Origin: Octopus sinensis | Lineage: Eukaryota | Assembly (NCBI RefSeq): GCF_006345805.1 | Contig: NC_043005.1 | Span: 18,352,001 to 18,416,000 of the forward strand | Direction: 5' to 3' | DNA length: 64,000 nt | Shown: one piece after another, positions 54,048-64,000 of the stretch | Layout of the letters: each line of letters opens with the position of its first letter | How positions within the stretch are numbered: the first letter of the stretch is position 1 | Translations under genes and position numbers: made by a program | The notes under the pieces: model-generated | The model's input: only the letters and a program-made list of their open reading frames with translations | Told to the model about the DNA's origin: nothing | Databases searched by the model: none

Positions 54048-54138
54048 AAAACGTAGGGTCGAAGATTGTCAGAATAGTAAGAGAGTTGGCGTGAATGCTT
54101 CGCCATATCTTTCTAGAACTAGACTAGTAGAGTGAGAT

Positions 54139-54930
54139 ATGCTCAATCACCTACCGAATACTATAAACAAAAACACCATACTGGTATCCTTCGATGTAGT
54201 CAACCTCTACTCCAATATCTCCCACAACCTAGGACTAGAGGCAACCCAATTCTGGCTAGAGAATCACGCCAACGAACCCCCACATCGCATCAAAAAAGAA
54301 TTCGTGATAGAAGGGGTTAAATTCATCCTGGAAAATATTTTCTTCGCCTTCAAAGACAACTTCTACAGACAAAAAACGGGGACTGCGATGGGTACACGAA
54401 TGGCGCCCTCCTTTGCCAACCTAGTCATAGGATATCTAGAGATCAGTCTGTATCGTAAGGGTCTAGAAAGATATGGCAGCCCTTTCTCCATCTACATAGA
54501 AAACAACTGGAAGAGATATCTAGATAACTGTTTCATTCTTTGGCATGAAAATATAGAGAAACTCAAAGAATTCCAAGAAATTTTAAACGGACTAGACGTA
54601 AACATCCAATTCACGATGGAATATAGCCAGCAACAACTCCCCTTCCTCGATATCCTCATTAAGAAAGCTAATAATGTAATAGAAACAGACATATATTATA
54701 AGCCTGCAGATTCTAAGCAATATCTTCCATTCAATTCATGTCACCCCAGACACACCAGAATGAATATCCCCTTCAATCTAGCAAAAAGGATATGCACTAT
54801 AGTTTCTAATGCAAACACCAGAGACACACGATTACAAGAACTAAAAGATACCCTTATCACCAGGAACTACCTCCCTTCACTTATTGACATGTGCATTCAA
54901 CTGCCCTTCAACTTAACATCCAGGAACTGA
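54139..54930 (+). CDS. Penelope-like reverse transcriptase, partial ORF (263 aa)
   Basis: Motifs as above; YLDN in place of the YxDD catalytic motif suggests inactivation. Confidence 0.85.
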   Translation: MLNHLPNTINKNTILVSFDVVNLYSNISHNLGLEATQFWLENHANEPPHRIKKEFVIEGVKFILENIFFAFKDNFYRQKTGTAMGTRMAPSFANLVIGYLEISLYRKGLERYGSPFSIYIENNWKRYLDNCFILWHENIEKLKEFQEILNGLDVNIQFTMEYSQQQLPFLDILIKKANNVIETDIYYKPADSKQYLPFNSCHPRHTRMNIPFNLAKRICTIVSNANTRDTRLQELKDTLITRNYLPSLIDMCIQLPFNLTSRN

Positions 54931-55536
54931 GACATCCCAAATCAAAGGAAAACTTACGACCAAAAGCCTTACCATACATCTCCACACACAACCCTCTCAA
55001 CAATGAAGCCTTCGGCACCATCCTCCACAACATACCCCTCCTAAAAAAGACCACAGAATGAACACAATCCTCCAAACACACACGATCATAAAAAGCAAGA
55101 GACAGCCTAAATCTATGAAAAGTCTCCTAACACAACCCGAATACACTCTTCAACCCAGAAGCCGACAGTAAAAAAATGTGGAAGACCCAATTGCGGGGTA
55201 TGCAATTATCTAATTGAGGGATCAGAGTTCTCCTTCAAACAGGGGCAACGGTTTACAGTGAAAAGCAACTTCACATGTGCTTCGGAGAACCTGATATACA
55301 CACTAACCTGCTCTGGGTGTCAAGAGCAGTATATAGGCCAAACAAAAAATAGTTTGCGTAAAAGAATGGCCCTGCACAGATCCCAGATAAAAATTATTCA
55401 CAACGACCTCGAACACACAAGTGCAAACAAGGGAGACAGAGAAAGGCAGAATGCCACTTATATTTGAACAGTATACAAATATTCCTTTAAAAAAACTTTT
55501 CTTTTAATTTTTCTAAATTTAATTATTTAATCGTTA

Positions 55537-55574
55537 CAGTTGAAAAGGTCTCAAAATGACCGAAACCGGTACTG
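55537..55574 (+). ncRNA. Degenerate minimal hammerhead at the Penelope 3' end
   Basis: CAG-TTGAAAA-GGTC-tcaaaat-GACC-GAA-ACCGGT-A-CTG; two core changes vs CTGANGA. Confidence 0.65.
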
Positions 55575-55622
55575 AAATGTTCTTTATAAAATTATTTTAG
55601 CATTTTCTATCGTGACTTGTTT

Positions 55623-55666
<44 letters not shown>

Positions 55667-55679
55667 CTATATATATATA

Positions 55680-56203
55680 TATATATTTAATGTAGGATAA
55701 ATGTTTTTCGAAAAAAAAATTTTTTTTCAATGGCCAGCATATTAAAAAATACCATTAAAGGTTAAATTTATAAACAACTTATAAATAAGGGCAAACCAAA
55801 ACAATTCTAATGCCAAATATGCCGAAATTGGACACCTTATCCATAACCATATAATTTTTCACAATACGCACACTACTCAAAAAAGGTCGACAGAAATTTC
55901 TAAAAAATTCCATCATTACCATTTGGGATACTTAATTGTGCTCATGACTTAGTGTTTGCTTCTTCTATGGGTATGAGTAAGTATCCCATTTATTTCTTTG
56001 CCAGATTTATCACTGACGAGGGAGGATTCTTATGAACTAACCCTGAAATCGGTCTGATATGGTAATAATGGAATTTTTTAGAAATTTCCGTCGACTTTCT
56101 TTGAGTAGCGTGCGTATTGTGAAAAATTATATGGTTATGGTTAAGGTGTCCAATTTCGGCATATTTGGCATTAGAAATTTTTTTCGTTTGCCCTTATTTA
56201 TAA
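55680..56203 (+). mobile_element. Foldback element (unique leader, about 144-bp inverted arms) with hammerhead in spacer, flanked by (TA)n
   Basis: Arms 55779-55922 / 56059-56203. Confidence 0.8.
56008..56059 (+). ncRNA. Type I hammerhead fold with intact CTGACGA and GAAA
   Basis: TATCA-CTGACGA-GGGAGGATTC-ttat-GAACTAACCC-T-GAA-ATCGGT-C-TGATA; 5-bp stem I, GUC triplet, imperfect stems II and III. Confidence 0.7.
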
Positions 56204-56206
56204 CAG

Positions 56207-56265
<59 letters not shown>

Positions 56266-56493
56266 CATACATACATATATACGTGAGTTTGTGTGTGTCT
56301 GTAGGTATATACTCTCAAATCAGGAGATCTGGTATCACAAACATACGTGATATGGACAATCTACTCTCATGGATTGAAAAATGTTTTCAAGTCGAATTTT
56401 CAAGTGACACCGAAGAAGTATATAGAATAGAGTAGTCAAAGTTTTTAATTTCGAGAATAACATCCATAGTAAAGATATAAAAAAAAACTCATA

Positions 56494-57408
56494 CAGTGAT
56501 CCCTCGCTACTTCGCGGTTCAACTATCGCGGATTCACGACTTCGCGAATTTTAAATATATATATATATATATGAAGACCTAGAGACACCGACGCATTATT
56601 AGACTGTCACTCCCAGCCGCTAACCGACGCAGACCTCGAAGACTTGACGAAGTCGGCCAGCGAAGAAAGAAGAAGAAGAAGAAGAAGAAGAAGAAGAAGA
56701 AGAAGAAGAAGAAGAAGAAGAAGAAGACGAAGAAGAAGTCGAGGAAGAAGACGAAGAAGACGAAAAAGAAAACGCAGCTAGAAATGGAAGAAGTTGTCGA
56801 CCAAACTGGCTTGTTTTCGGGACGGCTGGCCAAGCTCTGCAACCTGGTTAAAGAATTGAAAGAGGGGTCACAGGAGGGGACGACGATATAGTTCGGTCTG
56901 TGCAATTTTGCAACAAAGTCGATGATGTCATGAATCCCTACAAGATGCAATTTGAACGGAAAAAGAAGCAGCGACAGCAACTTCCTATCACAATGTTTTT
57001 GCAGCCTCGCAAAAAAAGAGCCAGTTCCTGCTGCTACTACTATGGTTGCACCTTCGGAAGAAGTAGAAGAGGTGTCCCAGGAAAGGGCTCCGCCATCAGC
57101 TTCATCATCATCATTTCTACTGCACAGCAAATTTATCACCATCATCATTCTGATTTTACTTCAACTTCTTTCGTGTTGAGTACAGTAAGAATATTTATTT
57201 TTTAAAATCTAAAGTGTTATTGCTTAACAGTTGTCCTTGTTATTAATAGACTACTGTAATGGGTGGGTTGTTAACGGTGCAGAGAGGGTTTTAAAAGTCC
57301 AAACATACGTTAATTAAATACTGTAAATATGGTGTCCCTACTTCGCAGAAATTCAGTTATCGCGGCCGGTTTCGGAACCAATCTACCGCGATAAACGTGA
57401 GATCACTG
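56494..57408 (+). mobile_element. Tigger/pogo (Tc1-mariner) internal-deletion derivative
   Basis: TIRs CAGTGATCCCTCG...TCGCGG / CCGCGA...GAGATCACTG; TA TSD 56492-56493 / 57409-57410; transposase C-terminus ...YKMQFERKKKQRQQLPITMF. Confidence 0.9.
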
Positions 57409-58119
57409 TATTATGTAGTATGTTTGGTTTACTTTTGTTTTGTATGAGTGTGTGTGCGTGAAAGCGACTGTTTATCTTTTACGAAAACGCAGCGAGGAAC
57501 TCGTGTTCTCATATCATTAGTCATATGTCAAAGGTTCTAACACAGATAATAGAATGCAGTAATGATGTCACAATTTACTTTTGAGGGTAAGTGTTACATT
57601 TGCCTTGCTCCCTCTCCCCCTTCTCTCTCTCTCTCTGTATATACATACTTATACACATATGTGAGTGTATGTGTGCATTCATGTATACGTGTAAACGTAA
57701 AGGAAGCATGCACTGCGCATAAAGCAAATTATAATAGTTATTTCTAACATAGGCTGAAAGCATGAGATTTGTGGGAGCGGAATACTTGAGTGTTACTGTT
57801 TTATCGATCCTTGAAGGATAAAAGACAAAGTTGACTTTGGTTAAAATTTAATTGGGAGTGTAAAGATCCGGAACAAATTTTACGGAGTATTTTCCTTGAT
57901 ATTTATTGATCCTTTCTTTCCTTTATAAGTACAAGACCTGACATTTTGAGAGAGTATCACCCTGCCCCAAAATCGAACCTAGTATTTGACTAATACTTTA
58001 TTTTACCGACCCAAGAAAGACGGAGAATCAATTCGGCTTCGGTAAGAATGGAGTAAAGTGCTGGAAAAAATCACGCAAAGTAATTTGTCTTGCTGTGCAC
58101 GAATTCCTTCTGGCCGTTA

Positions 58120-58760
58120 AAGTACACTGGAGCATCATCGAGAATAATGTGTGTAAGATCATATAAGATTTTACAATGCAGTGTGACTTTGTGACTGATG
58201 CTCGGAGACCAGGTATTGTTGTAGTGGATAAAAGAATGAAGGAAACTATGATCATAGATATTAACATACATGGGGGTGTATGAGTGGGTGACAAAGATTG
58301 AGAGGTACAAGCCACTAAAAGATGAAACAGCACAAATGTGCGCAATGAAGAAAATGCCATCCCGGCAGCTGTTGGTACGCAGAGTATATTTACAATCAGG
58401 TTTGAGAAGTTTCTATGAGGAATTGAGATTGACTTGAGAGTAAAACATGATCAGAAAGCTGTTTAATTGTTCACAGCGAGGACTTGGCTAGTAAGTATGG
58501 TGGAAAGGAAGCCTGTGAGACCTTTGCCAACAGGTTGCTGTCCACTCTTACAGAATCAACCGAAGCATGTGAGATCGAGAGTTCTGAGAAGTGAAATGGA
58601 AATAAATTTTTTGAACACATGGATAGAGGAAATAAGCATAGAATCTAGTTTAGTACAGCTCCAAAAAACAGTGTTATTATGGAAAGCTAAAATATTCAGG
58701 AGGGATTTTTCCAATTGTATAATCTGTTGTGCGTTGTGTGAAACATCAGTAACAACCACC

Positions 58761-58791
<31 letters not shown>

Positions 58792-59145
58792 AAATAATAA
58801 TAATAATAATAACTTGCATGATAATCGCCAAAAGAATCAAAGTGAATGTAGAACAAAAAATAAACAACCATGACGATTTGAAGTAGGAAATACGCTGGAT
58901 GTGAGCAATGAAGAGAGTGGACGTGAGACCCATAGTAATTGGTGCGCTTGGAAGTATCAGCACGCAACTGCCAACATGGCTCAAACACATAGGTACAAAT
59001 GTAAAGATAGAAGACCTATAAATATAATCACTGCTTGGAAATGCAAGAATTCTCCGCAGGGTTCTTGAAGCATATTCAGTAAACAAGCGTCACCTGGTGA
59101 CACTTTCTAGCATACCCATCAAAATGACATGACAATAGCAAATAA
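58120..59145 (+). pseudogene. Three stacked, diverged R4/Dong RLE 3' ends
   Basis: ENNVCKII*DF..QCD..ARRPGIVVVDK (58120-58500); LQKTVLLWKAKIFRR (58600-58735); PIVIGALG...LLGNARILRRVL + UTR + (AAT)n (58810-59145). Confidence 0.7.
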
Positions 59146-59162
59146 AAATAATAATAATAATG

Positions 59163-59242
<80 letters not shown>

Positions 59243-59514
59243 TCTTTTTATTGGCTACAAGGGCTGACACACATGATTAGAAAACATAAAGGGACAAAAC
59301 AGGACGAAAGGTTACAAAGGGTTTTGTCCGTTTGTGAAAAAATCGTGTAAAAACTGTAACAATCAAATAATATAACAACGAAAAACTCCCAATAGGGGGA
59401 GGCGTTACGAAAGGTTCCTGGTGGAAAAAACCCATAAAAGCCAACGGGAGCCTAGTCAAAAAAGGGGGGGGGGGGGTAGAGAGCCCCTTTCTCCTTTTAT
59501 AAAACCTTTTTCAA

Positions 59515-60126
59515 TCATAGGCAAAACCTGACAATTGGTCCATTTATACTGGCCATTCTCGCGCAATTCACCCACCTTTCAGAAAACTTGCTATCGGACA
59601 GCACTCTCCTCTCTAACCTCATCTTCCTTTTCAAGAGAAACTTAAAAAAGTTGATGAGGCCTTGACCAAAGAGGAAAGTGTCTGACTTTAGCCCTTTCAA
59701 ACGAGTCCACCATACAACCTCTTTCGCCACAGCCACTAGGAACAGGAAAACTGCCTCGCCCTCCTTGTTGAAGGAGGTCGGCGGAGCAATCTTCACTATG
59801 GATTCGGCCGAAAGCCGGATCCGTCCTACACGTGACAGTAGCTGTTCGACATAAACCCATAGTTCAGCAATACTCGGGTACTGAACGAGTGCGTGCAGAA
59901 CGGTTTCGTCGTCCTGGCAACACCTCGGGCAGGCTCGGCTGATGGCACTTCCGTGCCGGTAGAGTTTATCCCGAACAGGCAGAGCCCCTCGGTAGCACTG
60001 CCAGGCGAGCGACCCCTGGAAATTGTCCATCGGCCTCGGCCCGAAAGTCTTCCCGAACAGACCGCTCAGTTCGTTATCGTCAACGCCTAGAGTTTCCCCG
60101 AGAACGTCGTCGCATTTTTCCTCCAC
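59515..60126 (-). CDS. L1/Tx1 ORF2 C-terminal zinc-binding region (continuation)
   Basis: RACPRCCQDDETVLHALVQY, the zf-RVT-like CX2C...H pattern. Confidence 0.75.
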   Translation of the reverse strand: MEEKCDDVLGETLGVDDNELSGLFGKTFGPRPMDNFQGSLAWQCYRGALPVRDKLYRHGSAISRACPRCCQDDETVLHALVQYPSIAELWVYVEQLLSRVGRIRLSAESIVKIAPPTSFNKEGEAVFLFLVAVAKEVVWWTRLKGLKSDTFLFGQGLINFFKFLLKRKMRLERRVLSDSKFSERWVNCARMASINGPIVRFCL

Positions 60127-60274
60127 TAACCCTCTATAGAACGCTAGAGTGGAGCTGAAACCGATCGCATTTCCCGCCTGGCGGAGGGCGGAGAGAGCTT
60201 GACGGAGAGGTGCCAGAGAGCTTGACGGAGAGGGCGGAGAGGTGCCAAGCGCCCTTTCTCGGTCTACGTTTGAT

Positions 60275-61987
60275 CTAGGTCTGCAGCTCTGTCAAAGAGA
60301 CGAGCTGCGGAAAGTCGCGTCTGACAAAAGACGACCACACCTGATCACCGTCTAGGAAACTCTTGAGATGTCGCAGCCTGAGCGCATGTCTGCGCATCAG
60401 TAACCACGGCATGCCAAGGCCTCCGTTCAGCGGTCGGTGACAGCAGATGGATCGCCTGACCAGTGGCACCTGACCCTTCCACAAAATGTCGAAGATCAGG
60501 CGTACCAGCTTGGCCGACCAGCGGTTGGGACAAGGGACGACGGTCAAGCGGTAATAGATGACGGATGCGATGTATGCATTCGCCACCTCCGCTCGACCTT
60601 TCAGGGACAGCTTCCTCTCGGCCCATTTATGGGTGAGACGTGCCACCCTGCTCGTCACCTCTTCCCAGTTTTTATCCACCTGGAGGTCCGGACCGAACCA
60701 GACCCCGAGCAGTTTAACGGGTCCGTCTGTCCAGCGCCCTACGACGTTGTTGGACGGCATGGGCTTGCCTCTCCAGGTGCCCAGTTGCAAGCCCACAGAC
60801 TTTTCCGCGTTAATCCTTGCCCCTGTCACCGCTTCGTACTCGTTTAGTGTCTCGCCAATCAGGCCAATGTGCCTGTGGCTCGACACCATCATGGTGACGT
60901 CGTCGGCATAGGCAGACACGCTGTTTCCGCCTCCTAGATCGCGCGGGATACCCCTCAAAGCCTCCAACTTGCGCAGTAATGACTCGAGAGTCAATATGTA
61001 TAAGAGGGAGGAGAGAGGGCATCCTTGATGGACCGAACGCAAGATGTCAAACGGTTCCGAAAGGTGACCGTTCACCCGTATCACCGAGCAGATGTTGCTG
61101 TATAAAGCAGCGATCCACCCGCGGAAGACTGGACCGAAGCCGGCTGCCTTGAGAACAGCTGCCAGGTACTGATGGTCGACCCTATCGAAGGTTTTACTTT
61201 GATCTAAGTTGATCAAAGCCCCACCCGCGCCAGCGTCGTTACCCACCTTCTCTATGATGTAGCGCATGAGATGGAGGTTGTCGTGTATCGACCTGGTCGG
61301 CACGGCGCATGTTTGCGTCTTGCCAACCAGCTTGTCCACGTCAAGCGCCAATCTCTTGGCTAGCACCTTGGCCAAAATCTTCAACTCTGCATTGAGCAGA
61401 GTGATGGGCCGAAAATTCCCTATAACGTCCCCCTTGTTTGGGTCCTTTTTTAGCAAAGCCACCACCCCTCGACAGACAAAAGCAGGAATTCTCCCGTTTT
61501 GCTGCCAGTTGCAGTAGACGTTTACCAACAGGCCCGCAAGCAAGTCTGGCATTGAAGTGTAAAGCTCGTAGGGCAGACCATCCAAATCCGGGGATCTACC
61601 TCTCGTGCAACTCTTCATTGCTTCCTCCACTTCCCATGCAGATATCGGTCCTTCGCAGCACTCTGCCTCGCTGTCCGAGAGTTGCCGGATGCCGTCCAGG
61701 TACACACCGAAGTCTGCAACATTGTGCGTTCCACCGCTCGTCCCAAACAGTTGAGCAAAGTGCCGCTGAAACACCGTACACATCTGCTTCGGTTCGGTAA
61801 CCTCGTGCCCGTTCTGGTCCACCAAAGACCGAATGGTTGCTTTGTTGCCTCGCTTCGCCTCCGCCACGCGGGCCCATCGAGCGGCTCTAGTCCCCTCTCC
61901 GCTTAGCGAACGTGTCATAGCTCTGACAACGCAGCCTTCGTGTTTGGCGTCAAAGTGTTGGTCGAGGGCCAACCTTGCCGCCAACAC
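60275..61987 (-). CDS. L1/Tx1 ORF2 reverse transcriptase, partial (570 aa)
   Basis: NFRPITLLNAELKILAK, LDQSKTFDRV, QGCPLS, YADD; stop and small internal duplication at about 60190-60275. Confidence 0.9.
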   Translation of the reverse strand: MLAARLALDQHFDAKHEGCVVRAMTRSLSGEGTRAARWARVAEAKRGNKATIRSLVDQNGHEVTEPKQMCTVFQRHFAQLFGTSGGTHNVADFGVYLDGIRQLSDSEAECCEGPISAWEVEEAMKSCTRGRSPDLDGLPYELYTSMPDLLAGLLVNVYCNWQQNGRIPAFVCRGVVALLKKDPNKGDVIGNFRPITLLNAELKILAKVLAKRLALDVDKLVGKTQTCAVPTRSIHDNLHLMRYIIEKVGNDAGAGGALINLDQSKTFDRVDHQYLAAVLKAAGFGPVFRGWIAALYSNICSVIRVNGHLSEPFDILRSVHQGCPLSSLLYILTLESLLRKLEALRGIPRDLGGGNSVSAYADDVTMMVSSHRHIGLIGETLNEYEAVTGARINAEKSVGLQLGTWRGKPMPSNNVVGRWTDGPVKLLGVWFGPDLQVDKNWEEVTSRVARLTHKWAERKLSLKGRAEVANAYIASVIYYRLTVVPCPNRWSAKLVRLIFDILWKGQVPLVRRSICCHRPLNGGLGMPWLLMRRHALRLRHLKSFLDGDQVWSSFVRRDFPQLVSLTELQT

Positions 61988-62013
61988 GTCGGTCGCGATG
62001 CCAGTCTAGTTTC

Positions 62014-62080
<67 letters not shown>

Positions 62081-62089
62081 TAATAATGA

Positions 62090-62546
62090 TTCCATATTTT
62101 GGCACAAAGCCAGTAATTTCGGGGAAGGGGAACAAATCGGTTACACCAATTCCACAGCTAGGATGGTACTTATTTTATCGATCCCGAAGGGAGAAAAGGG
62201 CAAAGTTGGCCTCAGCGGAATTTGAATTCAGAACATAAAGACGGACAAAATCAATCAAAAGCATTTTGCCCAACGTGCTAACGATTCTGCCAGCTCACCG
62301 CCTTAATAACAACAGCAATAACAACAATACTTTTTTTCTATTATAGGCACAAGACCTGAAATTTTTTGGCGAAAGGGCCAATCGATTATATCTACCGCAG
62401 CGCGCAACTGGTATATAATATATTGTCCTCGAAGGGATGAAGGGCAAAGTCAACCTCGGCAGAATATGAAGTCAGAACGTAGCGACAGACAAAATACTGC
62501 TAAGCATTCTTCCAGCGTGTTAGCAATTCTGCCAGCTCGCCGCCTT
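62090..62546 (-). mobile_element. Two diverged family B SINEs (62090-62304, 62340-62546)
   Basis: Both end on + strand with TGCCAGCTC(A/G)CCGCCTT and carry the alternative tail. Confidence 0.8.
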
Positions 62547-64000
62547 AACAACAACAACAACAACAACAAGAACAACAACAATAATAATATTAATAGAAAG
62601 AAGATGAAGAAAAAGTGCAGCAACAGCAAAAACAATTACTATGGTAATCAAAAGGGATTTCTTACAGTTTTTCGTATTCCCTTTTAATTTAATTTTCGAT
62701 ACGAATGATGGTTTTATTTATAATTTACAATCTTATATACGCGATTCTAATCATATTTATTACTTCGATAGTATATGGACGACAAACATACATACGTATA
62801 ATTTCATATTGGTACTATATGCATCGTGAAGTCCATTGGTCCATAAGTAAATGAATGAAGCGAAAATACATACAAGGTTCAATAATCTAATTCGAATTTT
62901 ATTTCCTTTTATGAAGACAAGTTTAATAAAACTGTTCAGCCTCCTGGGAAACAGATTTGGCCAACAATTAGCTGCTATAAGAATCTTTATCATAAAACGC
63001 TTGTTATGAATACAACTGTAACCATTCAAACGTTATTTATTTATATATCAACGAGGCACTTCCAAAAGAAATTATAGCTTATTTAACCAGTATATAGGAA
63101 AAATTTGATTAGGTGATGATATATTGAAATTTGTTCATTCTTCAATTTCAGCAATTAAAAAGAATGTATATTTTCAAAAACAGAGGACCAGAACCATAAA
63201 AAGTTTATGATTAATTCTATCACAGACCACAATAGCTTATGTTTTGTTATGTTTTCATCCCTTATAATCTAGGTGTGTTGCAAAAGTGGGGTGTGTTTCT
63301 CTCCTCTCTATGCCTAAGTGAACGTGTTTGCTACCGTATAACTACGAAACATTCTTCATAATAACGCGTTTTCTCAACAAATAGAATTTTAGGAAGGAAC
63401 CAGATTTGAATTGACTTCACTAAACTAAGTTTAATATATGGGACATGATTCTCTATTACAATTTGGAATATCGATTGTCAAATGCAAGTAATGCTTGTTG
63501 CCACTTCAACATAGCTGTTTCGTACGAATAGCTGTTACTGCGATTTCTTTACCCCAAGAGGACATTTTCTCAAGCTGGAAAATTATGCAACCCGCAACCG
63601 ATATATTGCGAGCAGGGGAGCGGATCCGTATCACTTTCTAGCGACAGGAACAAATTAATGTCAATTACATTTTTCAGAAATTACTAAGATGCTTCTTAGT
63701 GTTTTATACACAGCCTATTCCATCATTATTTAGAGTTCTGCTTTTGAACTCACATTTTATATCAAAAATTTTTTATTTGTTTTATTCCAAAGCATTTCGC
63801 AGAAATCTGACAATTCAATATACTGACTTTACTTTTCAAATAATTTGTAAAAAGGAAGAAAGAATTTGAATTTTTCTATTGATTTTTTAATCTAGATAAA
63901 ATAAATCTTCTCTCATTATATTTACATAGTGATCATTCATCTTTTCAGTGCTGTCATATTTCTTTCTCCGTATAAACCTTGTTTTCTTCCTCTTCTTTAT

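Larger units (their letters stand above)
54120..55620 (+). mobile_element. Penelope-like element (RT + GIY-YIG), 5'-truncated and frameshifted, with 3' hammerhead
   Basis: RT: SFDVVNLYSNI, GTAMGTRMAPSFANL, RYLDNCF, LPFLD, SCHP; endonuclease: KCGRPNCGVC...LIYTLTCSGCQEQYIGQT. Confidence 0.92.
59242..62015 (-). mobile_element. L1/Tx1-clade LINE, 5'-truncated, GC-rich, embedded in (AAT)n
   Basis: Long RT ORF, C-terminal Cys-rich region, 3' UTR ending CCAATAAAAAAG; (AAT)n directly at both ends. Confidence 0.9.

Noticed and set aside
63549-63640. 85-nt minus-strand AG...GTAAG interval open in one frame
   Set aside because: No recognisable protein similarity and no partner exons

Overview
This is very AT-rich, microsatellite-saturated animal DNA with no host gene I can support. 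The repeat families resemble those I associate with octopus/coleoid cephalopod genomes; that is inference from recall, not a search. Almost all long ORFs in the track are simple-repeat artefacts. The real content is transposable elements. There are four tRNA-derived SINE families (labelled A-D here) in about 25 copies and many R4/Dong-type (RLE endonuclease) LINE fragments sitting in (AAT)n arrays. A young, GC-rich, 5'-truncated L1/Tx1 ORF2 lies at 59.2-62.0 kb, with a separate Tx1-like ORF1 piece near 12.7 kb. A Penelope-like RT + GIY-YIG element lies at 54.1-55.6 kb. Also present are a Tigger/pogo deletion derivative with TA TSD, a Chapaev3-like transposase relic and an RTE tail. The most interesting signal is a set of hammerhead-ribozyme (HHR) folds read by eye in several unrelated non-coding repeat families. 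One family is a tRNA-headed + (AAT)n + HHR composite present twice, with compensatory base changes in its stems. Another is a (TA)n-associated superfamily in which an HHR sits immediately 5' of an arm duplicated in inverted or direct orientation, resembling a Penelope pseudo-LTR. The Penelope element itself also ends in a minimal HHR. Every copy here has at least one core deviation, so catalytic activity is untested inference.
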